From a bacterium (GTDB lineage: Bacteria; Patescibacteriota; Minisyncoccia; UBA6257; GWB1-50-10), in assembly GCA_021814165.1 (NCBI GenBank), contig JAKAIX010000002.1:136501-200500 (forward strand): a stretch of DNA of 64,000 nt, in the 5' to 3' direction. Made by a program: the position numbers and the translations under genes. Positions 1 through 9,959 of the stretch are shown one piece after another (positions within the stretch are counted from its first letter, which is position 1; each line of letters opens with the position of its first letter). A model generated the notes under the pieces. That model was not told the DNA's origin. It was given only the letters and a program-made list of their open reading frames with translations, and did not search any database.

Positions 1-1581
1 CTCGAAGCTTCTCATGGCATCCTGTAGTTGCCTTCTTATCTCGTCCGTCGCTTCTCTGGGTCGCCCGCTACTGACGGCCCTCTGCCAGTCGTTGTTTAAT
101 TTCAATATCTCGGTATTGACTCCCACGGTTTTCTCAAAGTCGTTATAAGCAGACGCCTGTCCAAAACGTTGGAAAAGCGTCTTTGTTTGGGGGTCTTGTA
201 TGTAGGAAGCGGCGCCATTTGCGACGTGGTCCAGCTCCTTGTTCTTGGTAAGCCGCGCAAGTGCCGCCACCCTTTCCTCGTCTTTCATAGTTGCAACACG
301 GAGCGCCAGCTGCTTATCGGATAAGTGAGCCTGTTTTTTTGTCGCTTCTTTTACGAGATTGTCGCCCTGCACCGCCCCCATGTTGCTTAGGACGTTTCCA
401 ACCCTGCCGAGAACGCCTCCTCTTGCCTGCAGCCGTTCGGTAAACTTCCTCCCGCCTTCTTCTCGGAGCGGCGAAGTCACTTGTTTATATGCCTTCTTTC
501 CCACCCACGTCGCGGACGCCTTCCCCGCTTTCTCACCAAGTTTGAGGGCGCCTGCCGCTCCCGCAATACCCATCTTCTGCGCCGCGATCACGCCCCCTAT
601 CAAGAATCCGCAAAGCGCCACCATCTGCATGCCCTGAGTTATAACCGTGCTGAGCCCCCCGAACACCCCTCCCCCCGACGGCGGTTGGGCCGTGTCCTTA
701 AGGAAACTCAGAGAGAGTATCGAAAGGTAAATAAAGAAGAGCATCGCGGGCTGGAAAAATACCCACTGGAAAAATGTATTCCACCACTTTGAGAAGAGAT
801 GTTTTAATGCGGGAAACGCCCAGAAAAGCCACACGATGGGCGCGATAATAAGGAGAAACGAGAGCACAATGAATCGTATCATTAGCATGCCCGCAAGGAG
901 GAACATCACCATGGAAGCGATAAGGGAGAACACGGTGATAAAAGTGAGATTTCCGATGCTTATAAGTATCGCGGCGGAAAATCCGGTCCATGCCCCCCCC
1001 TGCTCCGAGGGATCGGGCGGCGGCGGGTTGTCCGGAGGAAGGAATAATCGCTGCGGACCGAAAGCCGCCGCGAGCGATTGCGTGAACTCGGAGTAGTTGC
1101 CGCCCATTTTATCGAGAAACGATTGGGAGAGCGTGCCGGCGAAATTAATAAACACTCCGCCGATCGTCAGGCTGAAATTTACGATTATCGCGGCGCCGAT
1201 GAGCATAGGAAGAAGCTTCTTCGCGCCATAGCTCTGAATCCGGAGTATGGTCGCGAACGCAATGATAATAATAAGAAGCACGAAGCCGAGGTTCGCTACG
1301 TCTCTGGAAATTTTCCACCCCACCATAACGAGAGCATTCGATGTCGAAAGGATCTGACTGTTGAAATTCATCGCGATGCCCACGAAGAAGTTCGCGATCA
1401 TGAAGAGCACGCCGAAGATAAAGGAAAATACGTACGCGATCCCTCTCAAAACCGAGGTAAGGATCATGGTCGGAGAAAAGATGTCCCAAATTGCGGCGTG
1501 AGCGAAATGCGGCACGACGAAGAAAAGCACCGCGAGAATTCCGGCGAAGAGCATCATTTTCTTTTTCGTTAGCAAGTTCAT
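1..1581 (-). CDS. VirB6/TrbL-like polytopic membrane protein of the CPR type IV secretion-like locus (3' end runs off the window)
   Basis: Not in the ORF track because it has no stop in the window. Hand translation from ATG 1581 gives MNLLTKKKMMLFAGILAVLFF...GWKISRDVANLGFVLLIIIIAFATIL...LIGAAIIVNFSL...KWWNTFFQWVFF, with many TM helices in the pattern typical of CPR VirB6-like proteins. Confidence 0.7.
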   Translation of the reverse strand, partial: MNLLTKKKMMLFAGILAVLFFVVPHFAHAAIWDIFSPTMILTSVLRGIAYVFSFIFGVLFMIANFFVGIAMNFNSQILSTSNALVMVGWKISRDVANLGFVLLIIIIAFATILRIQSYGAKKLLPMLIGAAIIVNFSLTIGGVFINFAGTLSQSFLDKMGGNYSEFTQSLAAAFGPQRLFLPPDNPPPPDPSEQGGAWTGFSAAILISIGNLTFITVFSLIASMVMFLLAGMLMIRFIVLSFLLIIAPIVWLFWAFPALKHLFSKWWNTFFQWVFFQPAMLFFIYLSILSLSFLKDTAQPPSGGGVFGGLSTVITQGMQMVALCGFLIGGVIAAQKMGIAGAAGALKLGEKAGKASATWVGKKAYKQVTSPLREEGGRKFTERLQARGGVLGRVGNVLSNMGAVQGDNLVKEATKKQAHLSDKQLALRVATMKDEERVAALARLTKNKELDHVANGAASYIQDPQTKTLFQRFGQASAYNDFEKTVGVNTEILKLNNDWQRAVSSGRPREATDEIRRQLQDAMRSFE

Positions 1582-1605
1582 ATGTCGGAACATTTCAAAT
1601 TGAAA

Positions 1606-3267
1606 TTATGGATAGACCTGGGAGCCCCCAACGCACGCGTTTAGTTTTCCTTGGGCGTCCTTCAGGGTTAGCTGAATTGCGGCAAGAAGTTGTGTGGCAT
1701 CTGACTTAATACTCGACGCCGAAGAGAGCGCAGCGGTTATGAGATCTCTAAACGATTGATCGATTGAAGGCATCTGCCCGCTACTAGCCTGGTTTTTTAA
1801 GAGCGAAGCGCGATCCTGGAGCTTCTGAATGCTGTCGGCTTGGTTGTTTAGGCTGTCTTGTATGGTCTTGATTTGCCCGGGATAGGTTGAGGTTGCGAGA
1901 ACAAGAGTGCTCGATGCCCAACTTATGTCAGTTGAAGAGGCGTTTGATCCCAGACAACTCAGGAGTGACTTGGTTGTAATATAAAGATTTCGCGTCGAAC
2001 TCGCCGCGGTTAAGAGCACATTTGAGGCGTCGTTCAGTGCTGTTTGAGCATCATCTAATGGCCTAAAAATTGCCGCAATTTGACTATTAGTCATGTTTTT
2101 TTGTGCTGTATCTGAAGAGGATGCTGCGTTTGTTATATCGGGGGTTCGCGTGATGCCCGAGTTTTGAGTGTTATCGGGTGAAAGTTTTGCGAGGCCGGTT
2201 TTTACTCCATTTATCCCCTCTTTCACCAATCGATTAAATGCCGCGTCGAGCACTGCGGCGAGCACATTTGTTATGTCGTCCGAGTTGACAATGAAGTCGA
2301 TGTTCGAGCCAAATGATTTGTTCAACCCCTCCGCGATGGTTCGTCCTGGCGTTGTGGTTTTTTTCTCCGTGCACCGGTATTCGAAATTAGGATCATCGCT
2401 CGTCGGTTGTGGCGCGGATCCGTCAGTTTTTACCACAAGAGGAAGACTGCCAGCATAAGTGGAGGCACCAAACTGGAAACCGGGTGTCAAAATATTGCCT
2501 CCAGATCCCTTATTATTCGCGGGCTGACTTGTCTTTACACTGTACATTGTCCAAGTGATACACGCCTCGCTGTTAAATCCGAGATTGATGTTTTGTTTCA
2601 AAACCGACTCCTGCTGTTTTTGCGCCACCGATTGTTCAAGCGCTTGCTGCGTGAGAATCTCCAGTCCGTACTGGTTATTTTGAGGTTTCAAGAGATCGGA
2701 ATAACCGAGCCATCCGCCGGTTTTGAAATCCCTTTTGAATGATTCCAAATTACTCACCACCTGAGAGAGCGTACAACTCACCTGCTTTTTTGTGGTATCC
2801 GGTTGAGCGAGATAGAAATTAACATTGAAGGGTATTCCACTGCATAATTGCCCCGCTCCTACTTGTCGGATTACCTCTCCGGCGGCCTCGTCTGCCGCCT
2901 GTTCAAATACCTTCCCCGGTTTTTGGAGAAAAAGTGGTTTGTCTCCGTTTTGTATCCACTGCACCGTTTCTCTCGTTATCTCATCAAGAAGCTGTTTTTT
3001 GAGTGTTGCGAGAAGTACTTTAAAAACCTTGTCTTGAATAAATCGCCACGCCTCCTCAAGAAAGCCAGCGGTGGTCGCTGTTGTTTGAGCGGCACCGGCA
3101 GCGGCTACGGCAGCGGCTACGGTCGGATCTATAACGAGTTGCGGAGTGACGTTGCTAAGAAGCCAAAACTGGGCTTTTGCTTTTGGCATAAGGAGGGCGG
3201 GATCTGAAATAAGAAAGATACTCAACACAAGAAATAATGAGACCACTCTGATTTTTTGTTGCTTCAT
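1606..3267 (-). CDS. Secreted helical protein with paired Cys residues, in the T4SS-like gene neighbourhood
   Basis: 553-aa ORF with a signal peptide ending AKA-Q, segments TVQWIQNG..P.F and C(S)..CTL, and a C-terminal coiled coil. Confidence 0.6.
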   Translation of the reverse strand: MKQQKIRVVSLFLVLSIFLISDPALLMPKAKAQFWLLSNVTPQLVIDPTVAAAVAAAGAAQTTATTAGFLEEAWRFIQDKVFKVLLATLKKQLLDEITRETVQWIQNGDKPLFLQKPGKVFEQAADEAAGEVIRQVGAGQLCSGIPFNVNFYLAQPDTTKKQVSCTLSQVVSNLESFKRDFKTGGWLGYSDLLKPQNNQYGLEILTQQALEQSVAQKQQESVLKQNINLGFNSEACITWTMYSVKTSQPANNKGSGGNILTPGFQFGASTYAGSLPLVVKTDGSAPQPTSDDPNFEYRCTEKKTTTPGRTIAEGLNKSFGSNIDFIVNSDDITNVLAAVLDAAFNRLVKEGINGVKTGLAKLSPDNTQNSGITRTPDITNAASSSDTAQKNMTNSQIAAIFRPLDDAQTALNDASNVLLTAASSTRNLYITTKSLLSCLGSNASSTDISWASSTLVLATSTYPGQIKTIQDSLNNQADSIQKLQDRASLLKNQASSGQMPSIDQSFRDLITAALSSASSIKSDATQLLAAIQLTLKDAQGKLNACVGGSQVYP

Positions 3268-3284
3268 AGGGATAAAAACAAAGG

Positions 3285-4121
3285 TTATTTCTTGTTTAGT
3301 GTGTTTGCTTGGTTAGAGAGAACGTTCTGGAGCATTATATTTTCTTCAAGTACCGAGCGAACATCGTTTAAGGCGATTGTCGCCTTCAGGGGATCGTTTT
3401 TAAAATCAAGAACGGCAGTGTATACTACTGACTTTTTCGCCCACAAATTCAGGTTCTGGAGATGCCACACCTTCCATTGGGGCGGTGCCTCGAGCGCCAA
3501 AAGGTCATTTACCTGCCCATTTATAATATTGATGTATTTTGCGAGCGGAGCAGAATCACTCTTATTGAAAAATGCGCTTAGAATATCCGTGGTCGACATA
3601 GAGAACGACCCGAAATTTTTCTGTGTGATCGAACCAATGGCGTTTAGATAATTGGTCTGCGCCTGGATCGAACCATCCTTCCCTGTCCTTATGTCTTTTT
3701 CAGAAAACGAGGGAAACGAGAGATCTTGCGATAGCGCCTGCGTAAGAAAATCATCCATTGATCCGGAAGGAGGCATTCTCAGCGTGTCGGTTGTATCGGT
3801 TGGGTTCCCGCTGTTCAGGTTATAGACCGACTCGACATAGTGCTGTGCTAATGTCTGCGTTAAGTTTCTGTCAGCTGCGGTGCTCGTGCCGATTCCCCAG
3901 GAATTGAGGTCCGAAAGCCCTCCCTCATTCTCAACTCCGTACCCGGCTTTTCCTGTGTTGGGATTTTGGACGACCGAGATGAACGGCTTTTCCCCGGACG
4001 ACGGGGAAATAACAAGGAGAAATGCGACAAGAATCCCCGCTCCGAGAATCATAAAAGCGGCAACCCTTCTTTTTTTGAAATATTGTTTCATCCCCTTTTT
4101 GTAATTGGAATCACCCATCAT
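3285..4121 (-). CDS. Hypothetical protein with an N-terminal membrane anchor
   Basis: 278-aa ORF with one TM segment; overlaps the end of rsmA. Confidence 0.65.
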   Translation of the reverse strand: MMGDSNYKKGMKQYFKKRRVAAFMILGAGILVAFLLVISPSSGEKPFISVVQNPNTGKAGYGVENEGGLSDLNSWGIGTSTAADRNLTQTLAQHYVESVYNLNSGNPTDTTDTLRMPPSGSMDDFLTQALSQDLSFPSFSEKDIRTGKDGSIQAQTNYLNAIGSITQKNFGSFSMSTTDILSAFFNKSDSAPLAKYINIINGQVNDLLALEAPPQWKVWHLQNLNLWAKKSVVYTAVLDFKNDPLKATIALNDVRSVLEENIMLQNVLSNQANTLNKK

Positions 4122-4971
4122 AATTGTACAACATTTCTCCTATCTTTTTTATATCCTCGACACATAGGTTATGCGGGCGGTCGTTCGGTTTTACCCCGAT
4201 TTGTTTCAGACGTTCCGCAACACCATCTTTTTCTGCCTTGTTACACTTCTTTAACGATCGAAAGGCGAGTGTTATGTTGTTTACAATCGTTTTTCTGGGC
4301 TGCCCAAAGAGCGCATGCAGCGTGTCAAAATACCCCTGTTGTTTGCTCGGCGTCTCAACGGGTTGGTGTGTTTCAAGAAGAATGACGGCGGAATCTACTT
4401 TCGGTTTCGGAGCAAAATCATTCTTTCCGACGATCATCACCACCTTCGGTTTCGCCCATAATTGAATGCTTGCCGCAAGGAGATTCATATGAGGAGGCGT
4501 TGCCGTCGCGCGCAGCGCAACCTCTTTTTGGATCATGAATACTGCTCGCTTCGGGAGCATGGACAACCCGCTTATCGTACGGAAGAGGAATCCGGTGAGG
4601 TAGTAGGGAATGTTGCCTACCAGTTTGTAATTTCCAATTTCTAGTTTCCGATTTCTAATTAGTTCCGGAAGAACTTTCAAAACATCCCCATGGATAATTT
4701 CAATTTCGGATAAATTTTCCTTTCGGGGTTCAGAATTTATTTGAAGCTTGTCGTTTGTGATTTGGAATTTTTTTCTTAGAAAATCAACGAGGGCAGGGTC
4801 TTTCTCGATGGCTATGACTCTCACGGGGTAACGTAAAAGCTCCCCCGTGAGTTCGCCGTGCCCGGGACCAATTTCTATAATCACGTCACCGTCCTCCGGC
4901 GCGATGGCGTCGATTATTTTTTTCACCACCGTCTTGTTTTGCAGAAAATGTTGTCCGAGCCTCCTGGTCAT
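4111..4971 (-). CDS. rsmA: 16S rRNA adenine dimethyltransferase RsmA/KsgA
   Basis: Motifs LGQHFL, EIGPGHGELT, VGNIPYYLT, MIQKEVA, F.PKPKVDS. Confidence 0.97.
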   Translation of the reverse strand: MTRRLGQHFLQNKTVVKKIIDAIAPEDGDVIIEIGPGHGELTGELLRYPVRVIAIEKDPALVDFLRKKFQITNDKLQINSEPRKENLSEIEIIHGDVLKVLPELIRNRKLEIGNYKLVGNIPYYLTGFLFRTISGLSMLPKRAVFMIQKEVALRATATPPHMNLLAASIQLWAKPKVVMIVGKNDFAPKPKVDSAVILLETHQPVETPSKQQGYFDTLHALFGQPRKTIVNNITLAFRSLKKCNKAEKDGVAERLKQIGVKPNDRPHNLCVEDIKKIGEMLYNYDG

Positions 4972-5501
4972 TGTAGTTGCGTTGTTTGTTTGAGAAATGT
5001 TTCGTCGTCTATTTCACCGATAACAATAAGACGCACGAACCCCGAGAGATTTTTTTCTTCGATGGTTTCGAAAATCATGCGCGGGATCGGGCGCTTTCCA
5101 AGAAACACGCTTCTTTGAACGAACGAATATCCCGCACTCGTAAGCGCACTCCGGAGCCAATCGCGTTCTCTCCTCCGTTTTTCGGGAATATCAAACGTGA
5201 TAAGACGCCACTTGCCGTCCCACGGTTCTTCGGGCGGACGCTCTCTTTGTCGAAGAAACTGAAACCCTCTTTCGGAAAGTTTTAGTTCACCTTGTTCCGA
5301 TCGTTCGACTAACCCCCTCTTCTCAAGCCGCCACAGCGTGGTACGGACACTCCCCCGTTTCGCGTGCCTTAGCGCCCCCAGACCGTCGTTTATAATCGCT
5401 TGAATCGGAGCAGATCCCCGTTCGGCAATACCCGACAGAATACCGAGGCCAAGCATCCCCATTCTCCGAGAAGATATATCTTTTTTGCTCCGCACTCGCA
5501 T
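4968..5501 (-). CDS. PaaX-like transcriptional regulator (winged helix plus Cas2-like fold)
   Basis: Motifs RLEKRGLV, WDGKWRLITFDIPEKRRRERDWLR, VQRSV. Confidence 0.8.
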   Translation of the reverse strand: MRVRSKKDISSRRMGMLGLGILSGIAERGSAPIQAIINDGLGALRHAKRGSVRTTLWRLEKRGLVERSEQGELKLSERGFQFLRQRERPPEEPWDGKWRLITFDIPEKRRRERDWLRSALTSAGYSFVQRSVFLGKRPIPRMIFETIEEKNLSGFVRLIVIGEIDDETFLKQTTQLQ

Positions 5502-5550
5502 AGTCTCTGTTTGAAATTATTATATCATAACACTTCATTCACGATCGTGG

Positions 5551-6672
5551 GTGAAGTGTTATGCGGTTCTTTTCTTTCCCAGCCTCTTTGCTATACTTAG
5601 TTTCATAAGTACGTTATTTTCCCACGTAAGAACCCTTTTTAAGAGGGGAGCTCCTAAGACGACCAGTTTCTGGTCGGTGCTTTTTGTAGTAATAATGGCC
5701 CTTTTTGGAGGGATTATAAGTGTCGGTGCGAGAGGGATAATCAGCGGTTATGAGGAGGGAAACAACTGGGGTTTTGGTGGGCCTGTTCAGAAACCGGAGA
5801 TGGTTGCCGCGTCAACGGGAGAAAAGAGCTCTTCCGAAGGAACGGGTTCTTCAAACGACGAACGACACACCCTTATCGCGGGAGACACGGCCGTGGTCGC
5901 TTCGTCGGACCCTTTAAGTGATCTTCTCCCCGTAAGCGGAGGGCTTAAAAGATATAAAGTGAAACGCGGCGACACCCTCCAGGGAATCGCCGATCGTTTT
6001 CACGTTTCCCGCGAAACGCTTCTATGGGCGAATCCGGGGGCCTCTTCGGTCCTTACGACGGGACAAACACTCCTGGTACCCCCCGTTTCCGGCGTCGTAT
6101 ACCAGGTTAAGCCGGGCGACACCCTTAAAGAAGTCGGCGGTACGTACGGGGTTGATCTTGAGCTTATAAAAAAATACAACGCGGATTATCAGAACGTACT
6201 AAGCGAGGGCGGAGTACTCATCCTCCCCTATGCGCGCCCGCTCGCTTCAAGCGGTCGCGGAACAACGTCCGCGGATGCCGATCTGCCGAATCTGAAAAAT
6301 TATTTCGCGCTTCCCGCTATCGGATGGAACTGGGGGCAGCTTCATAATTACAATGCGGTAGATATAGCGAATCAATGCGGCACGCCCGTTCATGCCGCGG
6401 CGGAGGGACTCGTGGTGATCGATGAAAATTTCGGGAGCGGCGCGGAAGGATGGAATGACGGATATGGAATCTTTGTTTTGGTCGAACATCCGAACGGAAC
6501 CAAAACTCGCTACGCGCATCTCGCAAAAGCTCTCGTGAAACCCGGCGATTACGTGAATCGCGGAGAAGAACTCGGTCTTATGGGAAACACCGGAAACACG
6601 CACGGACCGACCGGCTGCCACCTGCACTTTGAAGTATATGGAGCGAAGAATCCGTTTGCGGTCACGAAGTAG
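5551..6672 (+). CDS. LysM-domain M23 family peptidoglycan peptidase (start uncertain)
   Basis: Two LysM repeats (YKVKRGDTL, YQVKPGDTL) and M23 motifs AVDIAN, YAHL, GNTG..HLHFEV. Confidence 0.92.
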   Translation: MKCYAVLFFPSLFAILSFISTLFSHVRTLFKRGAPKTTSFWSVLFVVIMALFGGIISVGARGIISGYEEGNNWGFGGPVQKPEMVAASTGEKSSSEGTGSSNDERHTLIAGDTAVVASSDPLSDLLPVSGGLKRYKVKRGDTLQGIADRFHVSRETLLWANPGASSVLTTGQTLLVPPVSGVVYQVKPGDTLKEVGGTYGVDLELIKKYNADYQNVLSEGGVLILPYARPLASSGRGTTSADADLPNLKNYFALPAIGWNWGQLHNYNAVDIANQCGTPVHAAAEGLVVIDENFGSGAEGWNDGYGIFVLVEHPNGTKTRYAHLAKALVKPGDYVNRGEELGLMGNTGNTHGPTGCHLHFEVYGAKNPFAVTK

Positions 6673-6675
6673 TTT

Positions 6676-6799
6676 AGAAATTCTAAATCCTAACACCTAA
6701 ATCCTAAATAATAACTGAAATCCAAAATCGTAATAGTTGAAACCCGTGTTTGGAATTTTGAATTTTGTGCATTAGAATTTAGAGTTTCGAAATTAGAGC
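6676..6799. repeat. Heptamer-based imperfect inverted-repeat element (AAATCCT/AAATTCT-like units), homologous to 25185-25290
   Basis: gaaattctaaatcctaacacctaaatcctaaataat...gaaacccgtgtttggaattttgaatttt aligns with the reverse complement of 25185-25290. Confidence 0.8.
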
Positions 6800-8338
6800 T
6801 TATTCGTTAGTCCTTATCCGATATTGAAACGCCTCTGCGAGGTGTTCTTTTGTTATTATCGGGGCGCTCTCGAGATCGGCGATGGTTTGTGCAACGCGGA
6901 GAATCCGATAGTACCCCCGCACCGACACGAAATTCCGCTCAATCATCTCCTTAAGAAATGACTCCGCATTTGTCTCGAGCGCGACCAACGCATCGACATT
7001 TTTTGACGACATCTCGTTATTGGTATAAATAGAAAGGTTATGTTTCAAGAAACGTTCCCTTTGAAGTACTCGCGCGCGACTCACGGATTCCTTTGCTGCT
7101 TCTTGTTCCCCTTCCGTGGGTTGGCTTCGTAAAACTTCTATTTTTACCCGCGGAACCTCGAGCTGGATATCAATCCTATCGAGAAGAGGTCCCGATATCC
7201 GCTTCTGGTATCGAAATACTCCGTGCGCGGTACAGGTACACTCGCGTTCCGCGTCCCCGAAATATCCACAGGGACAAGGATTCATCGCCGCCACAAGCAT
7301 GAATCGGGAAGGAAATATTGTGGCTTGTCTTGCGCGTGCAATGCACACCTCGCCTCCTTCGAGTGGTTGGCGAAGTGCTTCTAATGCATCGCGATGAAAC
7401 TCAGGGAGTTCGTCTAGAAAAAGAACTCCCCGATGCGCCAGGCTTATCTCCCCCGGCTTGGGGGTCTGACCCCCTCCAATAAGCGCGATTAACGATGTGC
7501 TGTGATGTGGTGACCTGAAGGGTCTGTGATGAATAAAGGGGAGCTCTTCATGAAGAAGTCCCGCGGCGCTCCAGATCGCCGTGGTTTCTATCTTTTCATC
7601 AAGTGAAGGGGGAGGAAGTACTGAAGCGAGCGCCTGTGCGAGCATAGTCTTTCCTGTGCCGGGCGGCCCCGAAAGAAGCAAATTGTGTCCCCCGGCGGCT
7701 GCGATTACGAGCGCGCGCTTTGCGGCTGATTGTCCTTTAATCTCACCGAAGGTCACGAGCGTGGTCGGATATGTCCCGGGAAATTCGGTGTGAGGTTGAG
7801 GAACAATCGGCTCAAGCTCTTCCAGGTGTGCGATGAGACGTGAAAGAGTCGCGACGGGGAATATTTTCACCTCTTTTACCGCGGCCGCTTCCCGTGCATT
7901 TGCCTCAGGAACAAAAAGCTCGGGAATTCCTTTCTCGCGGGCGAGGAGAGCTACATTAAGACAGCCGTTCACTGGGCGGAGGGATCCATCGAGGGAAAGT
8001 TCGCCGACGAACATCTTATTGTGCGTCGAAAACAAACCGAGTTGCTCGCTCGCCATGAGATATGCAAGGGCAATAGGAAGGTCGAATCTCGATCCGATCT
8101 TTTTCACGTCCGCGGGTGCGAGATTTATGGTAATGCGGCGATTTTCTTTCGTGGGTGGCTTGATGCCGGAGTTTTTAAGAGCGGAGTTCACGCGTTCCTT
8201 TGCCTCGCTGATCGCTTTATCCGCAAGCCCCACGATGTTAAACGCGTGAAGGCCGACGTTCAGGTCGGCCTCCACCTCAATAAGTTCTGCGGCAATCCCG
8301 TTAAGCTCCGCTGACAAGAGTTTCGGTACCGCGTGCAT
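6800..8338 (-). CDS. comM: YifB/ComM Mg-chelatase-like AAA+ ATPase
   Basis: Motifs ITINLAPAD, GHNLLLSGPPGTGKT, PGEISLAHRGVLFLDE, AMNPCPCG. Confidence 0.95.
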   Translation of the reverse strand: MHAVPKLLSAELNGIAAELIEVEADLNVGLHAFNIVGLADKAISEAKERVNSALKNSGIKPPTKENRRITINLAPADVKKIGSRFDLPIALAYLMASEQLGLFSTHNKMFVGELSLDGSLRPVNGCLNVALLAREKGIPELFVPEANAREAAAVKEVKIFPVATLSRLIAHLEELEPIVPQPHTEFPGTYPTTLVTFGEIKGQSAAKRALVIAAAGGHNLLLSGPPGTGKTMLAQALASVLPPPSLDEKIETTAIWSAAGLLHEELPFIHHRPFRSPHHSTSLIALIGGGQTPKPGEISLAHRGVLFLDELPEFHRDALEALRQPLEGGEVCIARARQATIFPSRFMLVAAMNPCPCGYFGDAERECTCTAHGVFRYQKRISGPLLDRIDIQLEVPRVKIEVLRSQPTEGEQEAAKESVSRARVLQRERFLKHNLSIYTNNEMSSKNVDALVALETNAESFLKEMIERNFVSVRGYYRILRVAQTIADLESAPIITKEHLAEAFQYRIRTNE

Positions 8339-8353
8339 GGATTTTCAATAACC

Positions 8354-8704
8354 CTAGTGTCTCTCGTTATGTTTGCAGCTTTTACAAAGCGCCGATTCCG
8401 GGTCTATATCGAGTATCTCTTGTTCGATCGGTTTTCCGCACCGCTCGCAGGAACCGTAGGTTCCGCTCTGAATCTTTTCGAGCGCCCGATTGATCGCTCC
8501 AAGCCGCGCATCCTGGGTTTTTTTGACACCGAGGTAGGTGCCCATTTCTTCGGACTCGTCGCTTTCTTCCTCGAGGTGATCGCTCTCGTCGCCAAAATCG
8601 AGCGTTTCCTTAAACTTCGCGAGCTCCTCTTCTATCTCTTTTTTCTCCGCTTCCAATCTCCTTTTTATTTCTTCCGTGTTTGCGTTGTCTTTTTTCATAA
8701 TCAC
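8354..8704 (-). CDS. DksA/TraR C4-type zinc finger protein
   Basis: ALEKIQSGTYGSCERCGKPI...LCKSC. Confidence 0.9.
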   Translation of the reverse strand: MIMKKDNANTEEIKRRLEAEKKEIEEELAKFKETLDFGDESDHLEEESDESEEMGTYLGVKKTQDARLGAINRALEKIQSGTYGSCERCGKPIEQEILDIDPESALCKSCKHNERH

Positions 8705-8747
8705 AAAAAGTACCTACAGATTAGCACACTTTTTTGTTTATTTCCAG

Positions 8748-8777
8748 AAAACCCCGCTTTGTTCAGGCGGGGTTTTC
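8748..8777. terminator. Intrinsic terminator hairpin
   Basis: aaaaccccgc-tttgttcag-gcggggtttt. Confidence 0.7.
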
Positions 8778-8801
8778 TGTTTGGTTTTATCCGAGCCGCC
8801 T

Positions 8802-9905
8802 CTATTGGAGATGCTGAAGCGCCGCCTTAAATCCGTCGTAGGAGCCGCTTACTATAAGAACGTTTCCGCTCCACCCGTAGTTGATGGAAAAACCGGAATT
8901 CGAGAATGTAAGATAGCGATTTTGAACGCCGCTCGTCTGCCCGTCTTTCCACGACCCCGGGGTTCCCGGATCGGCGGCAAACACACCGGCGAGTCCTTTG
9001 CTTGCTTCGAATGCTTGTGCGAAGGCGGTTTTGAGTCCGGCGAGCGAAGCGGCAGCGTCTGCCTTCGCAATGATGCCGAGCGCTCGGTTGCCGCTCGCGT
9101 TGGTGTAGATAAACTCGGAAACATTAGCGCTTGGAAATCCGTTTAGAAGCGCGCCAGACGAGAAATCTCCTCCGAAAATCGTTTGCATAATTGTCCCGAA
9201 TGAAACGAGATTACCCGTTGCGTCCTTATTTACCACTTCCGTGACGCTCGGCGCCTTAGGAGAAGAGAAGGTGACGCCCGAAAGTGAGGCCCCGGTTATG
9301 ACGGAAGTGCTTTCCGCCGAGACATCTGCTGGTGTTTTAAATACAGACACATGGGATGGCTTTTCAGGCGGAACGGCGGTCTCGGGTGTTGTTGTGGCCG
9401 TTGAGGTGGCCGTAGTCGTGGCGAGAGGCTCTTCTGCCGGAGGAGTTGTTGGAGGAACCTGCGGCTCCGGCGCGGTATTTACAATCGGTGTCGGCTCGCT
9501 CTTGCCGAAGAAAAGAGGATATACCACGAAATAACCGAGTGCCGCGAGCCCCACGACGATAATAAAGACAACCAACGCGACGAAGACGCCGTTTTTCTTT
9601 TTTACGGGCCCCATCGGTGTTTGTTGATTCATTCCTATGTCCATTTTTGGAAGTTCAAACGATTGAGGATTAACGCCGGCGGTTTTTTCCGCAGGCGCGC
9701 TTGGAGAAGCGGCGGCGGGCGCCTGCTGCGGCGTATAGGTTTTCGGCGTCGCGTCACCTGTTTGGATTGAAGAAATATCCGACCCCATCGTTCGCGCTTC
9801 AACGCGCGGGTTTTGTGCCGTATTAATCATCGGCGACTCCCCCTCACCGGTTCCGAGTGGTTTATTCTGTTGCCACTGGCCGGGATTTATAGTTTCGTTT
9901 CCCAT
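8802..9905 (-). CDS. Single-pass membrane protein with a Pro/Thr-rich linker
   Basis: Likely start MGNETINP at 9905; one TM helix and a T/P-rich stalk. Confidence 0.7.
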   Translation of the reverse strand: MGNETINPGQWQQNKPLGTGEGESPMINTAQNPRVEARTMGSDISSIQTGDATPKTYTPQQAPAAASPSAPAEKTAGVNPQSFELPKMDIGMNQQTPMGPVKKKNGVFVALVVFIIVVGLAALGYFVVYPLFFGKSEPTPIVNTAPEPQVPPTTPPAEEPLATTTATSTATTTPETAVPPEKPSHVSVFKTPADVSAESTSVITGASLSGVTFSSPKAPSVTEVVNKDATGNLVSFGTIMQTIFGGDFSSGALLNGFPSANVSEFIYTNASGNRALGIIAKADAAASLAGLKTAFAQAFEASKGLAGVFAADPGTPGSWKDGQTSGVQNRYLTFSNSGFSINYGWSGNVLIVSGSYDGFKAALQHLQ

Positions 9906-9959
9906 GTGTTTATTATAGCACTTGGAGGTCGGGAGGCGTGTGGATAAAAAAAAGAAAAT

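Noticed and set aside
4968-5501. Cas2-like motif (FDIPE...QRSV) suggesting a CRISPR-Cas locus
   Set aside because: It is fused to a winged helix as in the PaaX-like regulators common in CPR; there is no cas1 and no array in the window.
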